Part shown: positions 26,946-34,994 of the stretch, piece after piece
Layout: each line of letters starts with the position of its first letter
How positions within the stretch are numbered: the stretch's first letter is position 1
Origin: Bacteroidales bacterium
GTDB lineage: Bacteria; Bacteroidota; Bacteroidia; Bacteroidales; P3
DNA length: 64,000 bases
NCBI GenBank assembly: GCA_017449975.1
Contig: JAFSYK010000064.1
Coordinates: 27,060-91,059 of the forward strand
Direction: 5' to 3'
Notes under the pieces: model-generated
The model's database searches: none
Seen by the model: the letters and a program-made list of their open reading frames with translations, nothing else
What the model was told of the DNA's origin: nothing
Translations under genes and position numbers: made by a program

Positions 26946-27404
26946 CTACGGCTCCCTATTATTGTCAGCAAGCCATTCCACGTATGCAATTACTTCGCCG
27001 ACAGTTGGTGATACCATTGCATGGGTTTCATTATCCGAGTCGTCATCTTCCGACTCTTCGTCTTGAACAGCTACGTTCTCATCGTCCTCCTCAACCCCAT
27101 AATAGTCATTTGCCACATCTTGTTCTGTGAGGAAAAGGTTTTCAACTTCAATAAAAATATCCAGCTCTTCTTCGAGCTTCATAATAAACTCGACTATATC
27201 CATTCCATCCATCCCCACTTCATCGTTAAGTCGATCAGTGAGAATATTGCCATCCCAGCCATCCAACTCTTTCAGCAGTCGTTTCACCACCTTTGCAGTT
27301 TCGGACTCGGAAGTTTTTTCTGTTGGTACTACTACACCCAGTTTAGATAGATATTCGCCCAAACTACCAACGCCATCGACGAATACTTCTTCTTTCATGT
27401 TCAT
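26946..27404 (-). CDS. acidic ACP-like protein lacking the phosphopantetheine serine
   Basis: DEVGMDGMDIVEFIMKLEEELDIFI aligns with the ACP motif DLGxDSLDxVELVMxLEEEF but has Gly in place of Ser. Also carries a long Asp/Glu insert. Confidence 0.5.
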   Translation of the reverse strand: MNMKEEVFVDGVGSLGEYLSKLGVVVPTEKTSESETAKVVKRLLKELDGWDGNILTDRLNDEVGMDGMDIVEFIMKLEEELDIFIEVENLFLTEQDVANDYYGVEEDDENVAVQDEESEDDDSDNETHAMVSPTVGEVIAYVEWLADNNREP

Positions 27405-27406
27405 TG

Positions 27407-27715
27407 TTATTTGTACTTTACTTTAATTACGGTTTCCTCTTTTGAACCCACCATTGTCGTAATCTCAACCCCATCCATTGGAATTTTCATATCAAGACCT
27501 TTCGTATTATTCAGAGTTATTTCCATCTCATCTACGTTGTTTTCTTTCCCTTGCTTGATCAGTTTCTCTGCAATTCTTGCCTGTTCTTTTGAACTATCTG
27601 AGCTCAGGATTTTTTCAACGACTTTTACTGCAAGATCAGCAAAAGGGTTGACACTAGTCAACACTTCTTTAGCCACCTTAAGGCCTTCTATTGTTGTTAA
27701 ATTATAGTGTTTCAT
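27407..27715 (-). CDS. hypothetical protein (102 aa)
   Basis: ORF is tightly packed, 2 nt from the next gene. No recognisable motif. Confidence 0.5.
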   Translation of the reverse strand: MKHYNLTTIEGLKVAKEVLTSVNPFADLAVKVVEKILSSDSSKEQARIAEKLIKQGKENNVDEMEITLNNTKGLDMKIPMDGVEITTMVGSKEETVIKVKYK

Positions 27716-27753
27716 GGTTGATTTTTTTTGTGATTAATATCTTCACGATGGCA

Positions 27754-29187
27754 TCAAAAATATTTTTCTATTTCTTTTGTTCGTTCTTCGGTTATTCCTA
27801 ACATATCGCGGAGACGATTGAGCAAACGGCGTTCCTTGTCGGATACTTGGTCGTTTTCACATGCCTCACGGTAGGCTTCGAGATACTCTTTTTCTTTGGA
27901 TTTCATAGAAGCATTTCCCTCTTCTGCTTGATTCTCTAATTCTTTTTCTTTAAGTTTCTTAACGATTTTTTTCTTTATTCTTTCGTTTTCCTCGTTTTTA
28001 AGACGTTCTTTTGATTCTTTCTTTTGAACAAGAGCATTCTTTAACAATTCAATTGTAAAAACTGCATTTGCTCCATGCTTTTGAGCTTCTGCCAACAGCA
28101 TTGACTGTATGGCAGTTTTTATTTCTCTTCCAGACAGACCATCTATCAAGTCACTAATTGCAAGATAATCTTCTTTTGAGAATTCTTTGTCTACAGGAAG
28201 TTTCTCTGGAATCATTGTTTCTAGTATTGCAGCACGTGCTTCTCTGTTTGGCAACTCAAATCTGATATGATTCAGTATTCTAGACTCAAATGCTCTGTCA
28301 AAATTCGTCACCAGATTTGTGGCGAATAGTACTACTCCAGTAAACTCTTCTAAATAAATAAGCATTTGGCTTCGTAGAGAGTTCAATGCCTGATCAGACC
28401 CCGTACTGACATTCTCAATACGTTTGCCTAAGAAAGAATCCGCTTCATCAAAAAACATTACAGCATCCGTTTCTTTTGCTGTTTCAAATGCTTTCTTCAA
28501 ATTTTTAGCGGCTTCTCCCACGTATTTTGATTCAATGTCAGCATAATTCAACGCCAACAATGGACGACCAAGTTCCGATGCAATTGCATGAGCACACATA
28601 CTTTTACCTGTCCCCGGTCCACCATAAAAATTCAAAATGCTCCTCGGATAGGGTTCAATCTTACCAAATCCCCAGTCTTCATATATTAACTTCTTGTTTT
28701 TTATTATTGATAAGGCAGTTAATATTTCCTCTTTTACAGAGTCGGAAATGATTAACTGGGAGAAGGTGTATCGTGGTTGAATTGGAATAAATGAAATGGA
28801 ATCTTTATTCTGTTCTTGTGGCTGTTCTTCATTATGTGGAGTCATGTGTTCTTGCTTTTTTATTTGAAAGGAGATTGCTATTTTCAACCGACTTTTATTA
28901 ATGAACGATGATATACTAATAGAGGATAGTTCATTTTTTAATTCTTCAATGAAAGAGTAGGATTTAGGAATTTCAAAATCAGCATTGGAAATAATGAATA
29001 CTTCAGAATCATCTAGTCCCCAGTATTCTTCAAGAGTATATCCAACAGAAAGCGACAAATGCTGGTATTCTTTTCTGTTTACCAACTGTCGAATCTTTTT
29101 TGAGCACTTCTCAACCTCTGCCGATAAAGCATCTTTTTGTTCAGATGTCAGTTGATGCTCTTTGTAGTTATATTCTATTGAAGCCAT
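27754..29187 (-). CDS. classical AAA+ ATPase (CDC48/FtsH-type module) with unique N-domain and coiled-coil C-tail
   Basis: Walker A GGPGTGKS, Walker B MFFDEADS, SRH-like ATNLVTNFDRAFESR. Confidence 0.9.
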   Translation of the reverse strand: MASIEYNYKEHQLTSEQKDALSAEVEKCSKKIRQLVNRKEYQHLSLSVGYTLEEYWGLDDSEVFIISNADFEIPKSYSFIEELKNELSSISISSFINKSRLKIAISFQIKKQEHMTPHNEEQPQEQNKDSISFIPIQPRYTFSQLIISDSVKEEILTALSIIKNKKLIYEDWGFGKIEPYPRSILNFYGGPGTGKSMCAHAIASELGRPLLALNYADIESKYVGEAAKNLKKAFETAKETDAVMFFDEADSFLGKRIENVSTGSDQALNSLRSQMLIYLEEFTGVVLFATNLVTNFDRAFESRILNHIRFELPNREARAAILETMIPEKLPVDKEFSKEDYLAISDLIDGLSGREIKTAIQSMLLAEAQKHGANAVFTIELLKNALVQKKESKERLKNEENERIKKKIVKKLKEKELENQAEEGNASMKSKEKEYLEAYREACENDQVSDKERRLLNRLRDMLGITEERTKEIEKYF

Positions 29188-29835
29188 CTAACAATATATG
29201 ATTTGACCTTTGTAAATATCTGAAGAGACCCCTTCTGATGAAGTTATTTCTTCTTTTGCAATCATCACATTATTGTTCCCGAAAATACCGACATTGACGG
29301 CATTCTTTTTCTTTTCCAATATTTGTATCTTCAATGCTTCAGGGCACTTTGTCTGTACACTGTTTTTAATTGAGAAAATATCAATGATAACATTGATAAT
29401 GTCCTTGAAAAATTGTTTTACTTCTTTCTCTAGCTCTTTCGCAGCTCGTTCTATGTTTTTTCGGGCAGCCCTTGTAGCTCTTTCAACTTTAGTAGTCAAC
29501 CATACTACAATAAACGCGATAAGACTGGCTAAAAGAAAAAATATCCAAAAAATGCATGTGAGATATTTTTCATCACCATATCTCCATACCGCCATTATAA
29601 AAGCCGCCCACACAAACGTCCAAAAAATGTATGATATTACGCTGCCACTTTCCTCCTCAATGATTAAATAGCCACCCATAATGGCAAAAAGAGAGAATGT
29701 TATAGCCCTAACAACAGATGGATAAAATACGGGTATTAGATAATTTCCAAAAATGAGTACCGAAATCCATAGGACTAGCGACGCCAGTCCTATAAATCCC
29801 AATATGCCACTCGGTTCTATTTTTTTTACTCCCAT
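29188..29835 (-). CDS. polytopic (about 4 TM) membrane protein with cytoplasmic tail
   Basis: Four hydrophobic segments. The stop codon abuts the ATPase start codon with 0-nt gap. Confidence 0.7.
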   Translation of the reverse strand: MGVKKIEPSGILGFIGLASLVLWISVLIFGNYLIPVFYPSVVRAITFSLFAIMGGYLIIEEESGSVISYIFWTFVWAAFIMAVWRYGDEKYLTCIFWIFFLLASLIAFIVVWLTTKVERATRAARKNIERAAKELEKEVKQFFKDIINVIIDIFSIKNSVQTKCPEALKIQILEKKKNAVNVGIFGNNNVMIAKEEITSSEGVSSDIYKGQIIYC

Positions 29836-29865
29836 TGTGTTTTGTTGTTTTTTTTGAAAAACTGC

Positions 29866-30261
29866 CTATGAAAGTACAATTAATTCTTCATTGCCAAATA
29901 CTTCTTTTATGCGTTCGTCAAGTTCCTTCACATACAGTATTTGTCCATGGGTTACCTTTTCATCAACCTCATTATAAACCCCTAAAACGATGGTTAAATA
30001 ACCCACTTTTCCTTCGGGGAAGCGTTTGTGGGTCTTTTTGACAAACTGTCCCATTGCTCCGTCTCTTGCAATAAATGGGACATCACTTCCTTTTTTCAGG
30101 TTTTTTGACTTAAAATAAGCCACTACATCGTTGAAATCAAGTGTTCCATCTATCACTTTAACGTTACTTGTCAGGAATTGACCAACTGACTTCTTTTTGT
30201 AACTATAATACGCAGCACCACCTATGGCTGCAATTCCAAGAATGATTGTTATTGTTTTCAT
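29866..30261 (-). CDS. paralog family member C (N-terminal TM anchor)
   Basis: C-terminal module VPFIA...VGYLTIVLGVYNEVDEKVT...FGNEELIVLS shared with 30267..30602 and 30611..31036. Confidence 0.6.
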   Translation of the reverse strand: MKTITIILGIAAIGGAAYYSYKKKSVGQFLTSNVKVIDGTLDFNDVVAYFKSKNLKKGSDVPFIARDGAMGQFVKKTHKRFPEGKVGYLTIVLGVYNEVDEKVTHGQILYVKELDERIKEVFGNEELIVLS

Positions 30262-30266
30262 GTTAA

Positions 30267-30602
30267 TTAACTCAATACTACTAATTCTTCTTGACCCAAA
30301 ACATTTCTGGTTTGGGCATCCAGACTGTCAGCCTCCACATATTCGGCAAATGTAATCTCATCGCTTACTTCATTGTATACGCCCTCAAATATTCCGACTT
30401 TTTTCACTGGTGCTGTCTTTAGTGCGTTTTTAAATGCCTCTTTGTTGGCAACAAAAGGAATGTCCTGACCTTGCGTTAATCCAAGAGACTTGAACCTCGC
30501 TACTACTTCTTTTGCAAAGTTCAGAATACCATTGATTACACGGCGAATAATATTCTTTATGTATTCAAACGCCTTTTTGATTAGTTCTAGTAATTTGTCC
30601 AT
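30267..30602 (-). CDS. paralog family member B
   Basis: IPFVA...VGIFEGVYNEVSDEIT...LGQEELVVLS. Confidence 0.6.
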   Translation of the reverse strand: MDKLLELIKKAFEYIKNIIRRVINGILNFAKEVVARFKSLGLTQGQDIPFVANKEAFKNALKTAPVKKVGIFEGVYNEVSDEITFAEYVEADSLDAQTRNVLGQEELVVLS

Positions 30603-30610
30603 AGAATTGG

Positions 30611-31036
30611 TTATTGAAGGATTATTAAATCGGTTTCACCAAATAGTTCTTCTACTTCTTTGCTCAAAGAATCTGCTTGGATTATGACGTACTTGTTAAT
30701 TGTTTCGTCAAGAAGTTCTCTGTCCTTACAATTCGCCAAATAGACAAAGCATTTACCATCTTTTTCAGCACGAAAAACCACAAATCCATTTGCACCAGAT
30801 ACAATGTTTTTCCTTGCCACTTGCAATAGTTCTGGCATGGTTAACGAGTCTACAGCCATAGCTGTTGTCGATTTTGAGGACAAAATATCCTTCGCAAACT
30901 TCTTAATTGTGGGAATCATTCCCTTTTTGATTTTTGGAAGAACTTCATCGATTTTCTTTTTTACAGTATCGAGTAATTCCTCATGCAATAGAGTTCTGAT
31001 GTAATCCATTGCACTTTCTAATACTTCTTCGTACAT
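30611..31036 (-). CDS. paralog family member A (more diverged)
   Basis: Ends in SLSKEVEELFGETDLIILQ, with the same C-terminal layout as the two downstream genes. Confidence 0.55.
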   Translation of the reverse strand: MYEEVLESAMDYIRTLLHEELLDTVKKKIDEVLPKIKKGMIPTIKKFAKDILSSKSTTAMAVDSLTMPELLQVARKNIVSGANGFVVFRAEKDGKCFVYLANCKDRELLDETINKYVIIQADSLSKEVEELFGETDLIILQ

Positions 31037-31069
31037 ATTATTGGGTTTTAGATGATTAGTTATTGCTTT

Positions 31070-31522
31070 TTAACGTAATGCATTTATTGCTTCTGCTATA
31101 GCATTGACTATAGCATTCTTTTGATTTTGAAGTTTTTTAGAATTGTTTGGAAAGAAAAATGAGGAAGGAATGTTTATTTTGGTATTTTGGGTATTTTGGA
31201 TTATTTCTAAATCTGAATTATTTGAAGAGATGTCTTGTATTTCTGTTGATTCTATGTAACATATAGATCCATTTTGGTGATAATACAAACCCTTGTTTGT
31301 TAACACGATTCCCTTCTGCTTACGATAATTCACAATAAAATAATTCAAAAGTTTTTTTCTGACTTTTTTATTTGGATTAGCCTCAATTAGGTCATCATAT
31401 CCAGGACTCCAAATGAGCCGAATTTTTTCATCAGGAGGGATTCCATATTCTGATTGAATTTTTCCAATTCCCATTTTAGAAATGTTGAAATTGGATTGAC
31501 TGATTATTACTTCTTTATTCAT
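31070..31522 (-). CDS. hypothetical protein (150 aa)
   Basis: ATG at 31522 preferred over the TTG at 31552. No confident motif. Confidence 0.5.
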   Translation of the reverse strand: MNKEVIISQSNFNISKMGIGKIQSEYGIPPDEKIRLIWSPGYDDLIEANPNKKVRKKLLNYFIVNYRKQKGIVLTNKGLYYHQNGSICYIESTEIQDISSNNSDLEIIQNTQNTKINIPSSFFFPNNSKKLQNQKNAIVNAIAEAINALR

Positions 31523-31544
31523 TATATATAATGTGATAGTTAAT

Positions 31545-31763
31545 TTATCCAATTCTTTGAACGTCCAAATATGCCATACTTAATGCGCCAGCCCTGCGGA
31601 TGTCGATGCCATAGATACGCATGAATGCATCGGCGACGGCTTGACCTCCGTTAGTGGTGACGGGGTTGGTGATGCTGTTGGTTACGACATCTACGCTCAT
31701 TCCCTTCTCTACGCGGATGCCACTGGTGAGCTTGCTGCTCTTGATGGTTACTCTGTATACCAT
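31545..31763 (-). CDS. small hypothetical protein (72 aa)
   Basis: MVYRVTIKSSKLTSGIRVEKGMSVDVV...GGQAVADAFMRIYGIDIRRAGAL. First gene downstream of the leader. Confidence 0.5.
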   Translation of the reverse strand: MVYRVTIKSSKLTSGIRVEKGMSVDVVTNSITNPVTTNGGQAVADAFMRIYGIDIRRAGALSMAYLDVQRIG

Positions 31764-31860
31764 AGTTTTATTTTTATAAGGTTTGTATTTTTGCAATATT
31801 ACTGATTCTTTGGTGCTCTTACCCCGATTATAGACAATTATAGTAAAAATCACACCTGTA

Positions 31861-32180
31861 CGGCAGGGTGGGGTGGTGCTCCTTTTTTCGCCCTTGAGTT
31901 CTCAGTAGGGCGGTTATTTATAAATACAAGGAAAGCATAGAACTCGTGTTGTCGTTTCTACGAACTGTGGGCATCGCCAAACGCCTCTCCCGAATAGAAA
32001 CTGAGAACCCTGTCCTATGCTTTACGCTATGTAGAGGCATAAAGCCAATACATACACGAAAAAGCAAAAGGCATCGTACCAGTGTCCTCAGGATGAAATT
32101 TGGCGAATTTACAGCTCGGACCGTACAAATGCTTTCCGCAATTGTTCGACGTACTCTCGTCGATTGTGGTTGCAAATATA
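31861..32180 (-). ncRNA. promoter (-7 box TATATTTG at 32173-32180) plus structured leader, copy A
   Basis: Reverse complement aligns along its length with 38187..38480. Shared blocks include CGACGAGAG, GTCGAACAAT, AAGCATTTGTA, TTCGCCAAATTT, GATGCCTTTTGCTTT, GGCGTTTGGCGATGCC and GAGTTCTATGCTTT. Confidence 0.5.
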
Positions 32181-32225
32181 ACATTTTTTTCTGGTATGAT
32201 GCCTTATTGGGTAAGGTATATGGTA

Positions 32226-32432
32226 TTATTTAAAGAATAGTTTGGCAATCCGGATTTCTATGGGGAACCATAGCAGCACATAGAGAATCCACCACCAGAA
32301 TGATATGCTGTCTCCGGCCGATATCATGTGGAAGGTTTTGATTGTGCAACTCACAACCGCCACAATGTATAGCAATAATAGTAGTATTATGCCAGTGAGG
32401 ATGCCACCAGTGCCTTCAGTGTTGTCTTCCAT
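32226..32432 (-). CDS. small two-TM membrane protein (68 aa)
   Basis: Two hydrophobic segments. Its own promoter module lies at 32459-32513. Confidence 0.35.
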   Translation of the reverse strand: MEDNTEGTGGILTGIILLLLLYIVAVVSCTIKTFHMISAGDSISFWWWILYVLLWFPIEIRIAKLFFK

Positions 32433-32458
32433 GTCAGTGCGTTTTATTGAGACGCCTG

Positions 32459-32513
32459 CAAAGGTACACCGATTGCCGTTGGCTTATGCCAATTATAGGC
32501 AATTATAGAAAAA
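32459..32513 (-). promoter_or_regulatory. promoter module: TTTTTCTATAATTGCCTATAAT, spacer, GGTGTACCTTTGCA
   Basis: Same architecture, and an identical 13-nt GGTGTACCTTTGC, as at 26878-26931. Confidence 0.55.
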
Positions 32514-32517
32514 AAAA

Positions 32518-33795
32518 CTACAACATGTCGGGCAGGGTGGGGTAGAGCTGGTGCAGGAGCAGCTTGAATTCGTAAGCGGCACTCTTGGCATAGCCACTGT
32601 CACGGTCTTTGACCCATTGCGGGCCGAAGAAGAATTGGCGCATTTTTCTGTAGGATCCCCTTTCGGTGAGACATCGGATGAGGTAGATGAGTTCGTATGA
32701 TTTGCCGTTCCGGCCTTTCCATTCAATGGGTACAATGCGCTCGGGGCGCATCTTGGACGAGAAACGGTAGGCGAACATCTGTTTCACCTGATTGTTGTTG
32801 TCGATATAGCCGTGCGCTGCCAAGGCGTTGATCAGCTCTGCAAAGCGTTCGGCTCCGTTTTTCACCACCTCGTATCGCAGGTTGAAGCAGTCGTCGCTGT
32901 TGGTCGATTCGTTTTTCAGCGAGAAATAGTCGGGCGGAAGGCTGAAGTCGTCTCCGTCTACTTCAACGGTCTGCAGCTGCGCTTTGGCTTCCGGCCTGCT
33001 CAGTATGGATTCGATGATTTTCCGTTCGCGAGGCTTGTAGTCTGTTATGTCGTCGGTGTAGAAGCTGCAGAGCCACAGGAATGTGTTTTGTGTGTTTTCG
33101 TATTGGGCGCGGTAGTAGGCTTTTACATCAGCATTGTACTCGTATTCGTTCCCGTATTCTTGGTTCAGGAGTTGCGTGCCTATCTGCGACATATTCTCTA
33201 TAGAGCGCAGCATCATTTGCCCTTCTTTGTTTACGTCGTTGGTATTGGTGGTGGCTATCGCATCCATGGCGGTAAAGAGCTCCTCAAGCGGCAGAGAGAA
33301 AACAGAAGAGGTGTCAGGCCACACAAGGCTGCAAAGTGCGCTGATTGCCCTTAAACCGCATGGTTTGTTGTGCAGCAGCGTGACAAACGCTTCTTTGTCG
33401 TTGCGGGCATAGCTGTCTTGCAGCTGGTTGAGGGTGGCGGAGTCGGCATCGATGGTGCCAATAAACTCTTTTGCCGAGTAGGGTTCCAGTGAGAGAAGGG
33501 TGTGGTAGATTTCTTCGGGTGATAGCGAGGTTTCTTGCTCTTTGGCCTCATCCAGAATTTCCTGCCACCATTCATGTATCATCCGGTTGTTGTTGATGAA
33601 CGAGAGTACGCGATGCAGGGGTGCGACGACGTTCATGATCAGTGCCTGCGATTCGCGGAAAATGGGTTCCAGCTCTGGATTCTCTTGGTCGGCCAACACT
33701 TCGGCCAGTACCTCATCGGGCAGGTGGTATTCACTTGCCTTCTCCAGACCCTTGTAGTATTGTTTCATCCGTTCCGCTTTGGAAATGTAGTTCAT
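32518..33795 (-). CDS. hypothetical protein (425 aa)
   Basis: Long ORF with ATG start. The -7 box TACATTTG lies at 33877-33884 on the minus strand. No recognisable motif. Confidence 0.7.
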   Translation of the reverse strand: MNYISKAERMKQYYKGLEKASEYHLPDEVLAEVLADQENPELEPIFRESQALIMNVVAPLHRVLSFINNNRMIHEWWQEILDEAKEQETSLSPEEIYHTLLSLEPYSAKEFIGTIDADSATLNQLQDSYARNDKEAFVTLLHNKPCGLRAISALCSLVWPDTSSVFSLPLEELFTAMDAIATTNTNDVNKEGQMMLRSIENMSQIGTQLLNQEYGNEYEYNADVKAYYRAQYENTQNTFLWLCSFYTDDITDYKPRERKIIESILSRPEAKAQLQTVEVDGDDFSLPPDYFSLKNESTNSDDCFNLRYEVVKNGAERFAELINALAAHGYIDNNNQVKQMFAYRFSSKMRPERIVPIEWKGRNGKSYELIYLIRCLTERGSYRKMRQFFFGPQWVKDRDSGYAKSAAYEFKLLLHQLYPTLPDML

Positions 33796-33924
33796 TTGTA
33801 ATAGTTTTAGAACGAGAGTGTTTGAAAGCGCTTCCGGATTTTACTCAGTGCATTGAGTAAATTATGACCAATGGTGCAAATGTACGAATTATTATTCAAC
33901 TGAAACTGGCGAGAGGTTTGGGTA

Positions 33925-33955
33925 AAAATAGAAAGCCTCCCTTTTGGGGAGGCTT
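33925..33955 (-). terminator. terminator after tRNA-Glu
   Basis: aagcctccc / gggaggctt stem, followed on the minus strand by tctattttta. Confidence 0.65.
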
Positions 33956-34031
33956 GGTACCGCATATCAGAGTCGAACTGATGATCTTCTGCGTGAGAGG
34001 CAGATGTCCTGGACCACTAGACGAATGCGGC
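33955..34031 (-). tRNA. tRNA-Glu (anticodon CTC), CCA encoded
   Basis: Reverse complement is GCCGCATTCGTCTAGTGGTCCAGGACATCTGCCTCTCACGCAGAAGATCATCAGTTCGACTCTGATATGCGGTACCA. All four stems pair, and the D-arm TTCGTCTAG.GG.CCAGGACA is typical of tRNA-Glu. Confidence 0.85.
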
Positions 34032-34054
34032 AGTTCTTTGTTTGAAAGCGATTG

Positions 34055-34062
34055 CAAAGATA
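34055..34062 (-). promoter_or_regulatory. -7 box TATCTTTG for tRNA-Glu
   Basis: Reverse complement of caaagata, 24 nt upstream of the tRNA 5' end. Confidence 0.55.
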
Positions 34063-34074
34063 CGAAGATTTTTT

Positions 34075-34112
34075 GATATGGGAAAAATATTTGCAAATAT
34101 TTTTCCCATATC
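34075..34112. repeat. perfect 38-bp palindrome (19+19, no loop)
   Basis: gatatgggaaaaatatttg caaatatttttcccatatc, between the yebC 3' end and the tRNA-Glu promoter. Confidence 0.95.
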
Positions 34113-34217
34113 ATTGATTTGTATGAATTTATTGTTTTCTACCGATTGCTGTTCCAGTGTATTATCCTTGGAGAAGGTGCCTCCAAAGGCAACGGCACGT
34201 TCCGCCATTGTCGGAAC

Positions 34218-34928
34218 TTATGCCATGTTGTGAAACACGTTGACCACGTCGTCGTCGTTCTCCAGACGCTCGATAAGGGCGTTGACGTCCTCCTGTTCGG
34301 CTTCGCTGAGCTCACGCATGGAGAGCGGGATGCGCTCGAATTTGAAGGATTTGATCTCAAGCCCGTTGTCCTCGAGGTATTTGGAGATGGGACCGTAGTT
34401 CTTGAAATCGGCGTAGATCATAATTTCGTCCTCGTCGCGGAACACCTCGTCGATGTCGTAGTCGATGAGGCTAAGCTCCAGCTCGTCCATGTCGATGCCT
34501 TCCTTGTAGGCGACGACGAAGCTGCACTTGCGTTCGAAGAGGAAGTCGTTCATACCCATGGTGCCCAACTCGCCCTTGCCGCGCACGAAGGCGGCGCGCA
34601 CGTTGGCAACGGTGCGGGTGGGGTTGTCGGTGGCAGTCTCCACCACGATGGCGATACCGTGGGGACCTTTGCCGTCGTAGACCACCTCTTTGTAGGCGCT
34701 GGTGTCCTTGTCGGTGGCACGTTTGATGGCGCGTTCGACGTTCTCTTTGGGCATGCTCTCACTCTTGGCGGTGGCCATGAGGAGTCGCAGACGGAGGTTG
34801 CTCGACGGGTCGGGACCGCCGGCGATGACGGCCATCTCGATTTCTTTTCCAATCTTGGTGAAGGTGCGGGCCATGTGTCCCCACCGTTTCAGTTTTCTCG
34901 CTTTGCGGTATTCAAATGCGCGTCCCAT
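34218..34928 (-). CDS. yebC: YebC/PmpR family DNA-binding regulator
   Basis: MGRAFEYRKARKLKRWGHMARTFTKIGKEI and full-length YebC layout. Confidence 0.9.
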   Translation of the reverse strand: MGRAFEYRKARKLKRWGHMARTFTKIGKEIEMAVIAGGPDPSSNLRLRLLMATAKSESMPKENVERAIKRATDKDTSAYKEVVYDGKGPHGIAIVVETATDNPTRTVANVRAAFVRGKGELGTMGMNDFLFERKCSFVVAYKEGIDMDELELSLIDYDIDEVFRDEDEIMIYADFKNYGPISKYLEDNGLEIKSFKFERIPLSMRELSEAEQEDVNALIERLENDDDVVNVFHNMA

Positions 34929-34940
34929 TGTTTGAAGGTT

Positions 34941-34966
34941 AAAGGTAAAAACTAAAAACTAAAAAG
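34941..34966. repeat. AAAGGTAAAAACTAAAAACTAAAAAG word (left arm flanking the four-helix-bundle gene)
   Basis: Identical 26-mer at 62498-62523. Inverted, imperfect copy at 35357-35384. Confidence 0.9.
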
Positions 34967-34994
34967 TTTTTGCTTTTACATGTTAATTATTATT

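Noticed and set aside
31918-32233. ORFs 31918..32184 (-) and 31946..32233 (+) as protein genes
   Set aside because: They overlap the conserved leader. The homologous copy at 38.2-38.45 kb has indels that break both frames, so conservation is at the nucleotide or RNA-structure level.
33864-34114. ORFs 33864..34076 (+) and 33896..34114 (-) over tRNA-Glu
   Set aside because: They overlap the tRNA and its terminator and promoter. There is no coding signal.
34119-34955. 278-aa plus-strand ORF opposite yebC
   Set aside because: The YebC signature is on the minus strand. The plus frame is a Val/Gly/Asp/His-rich shadow.
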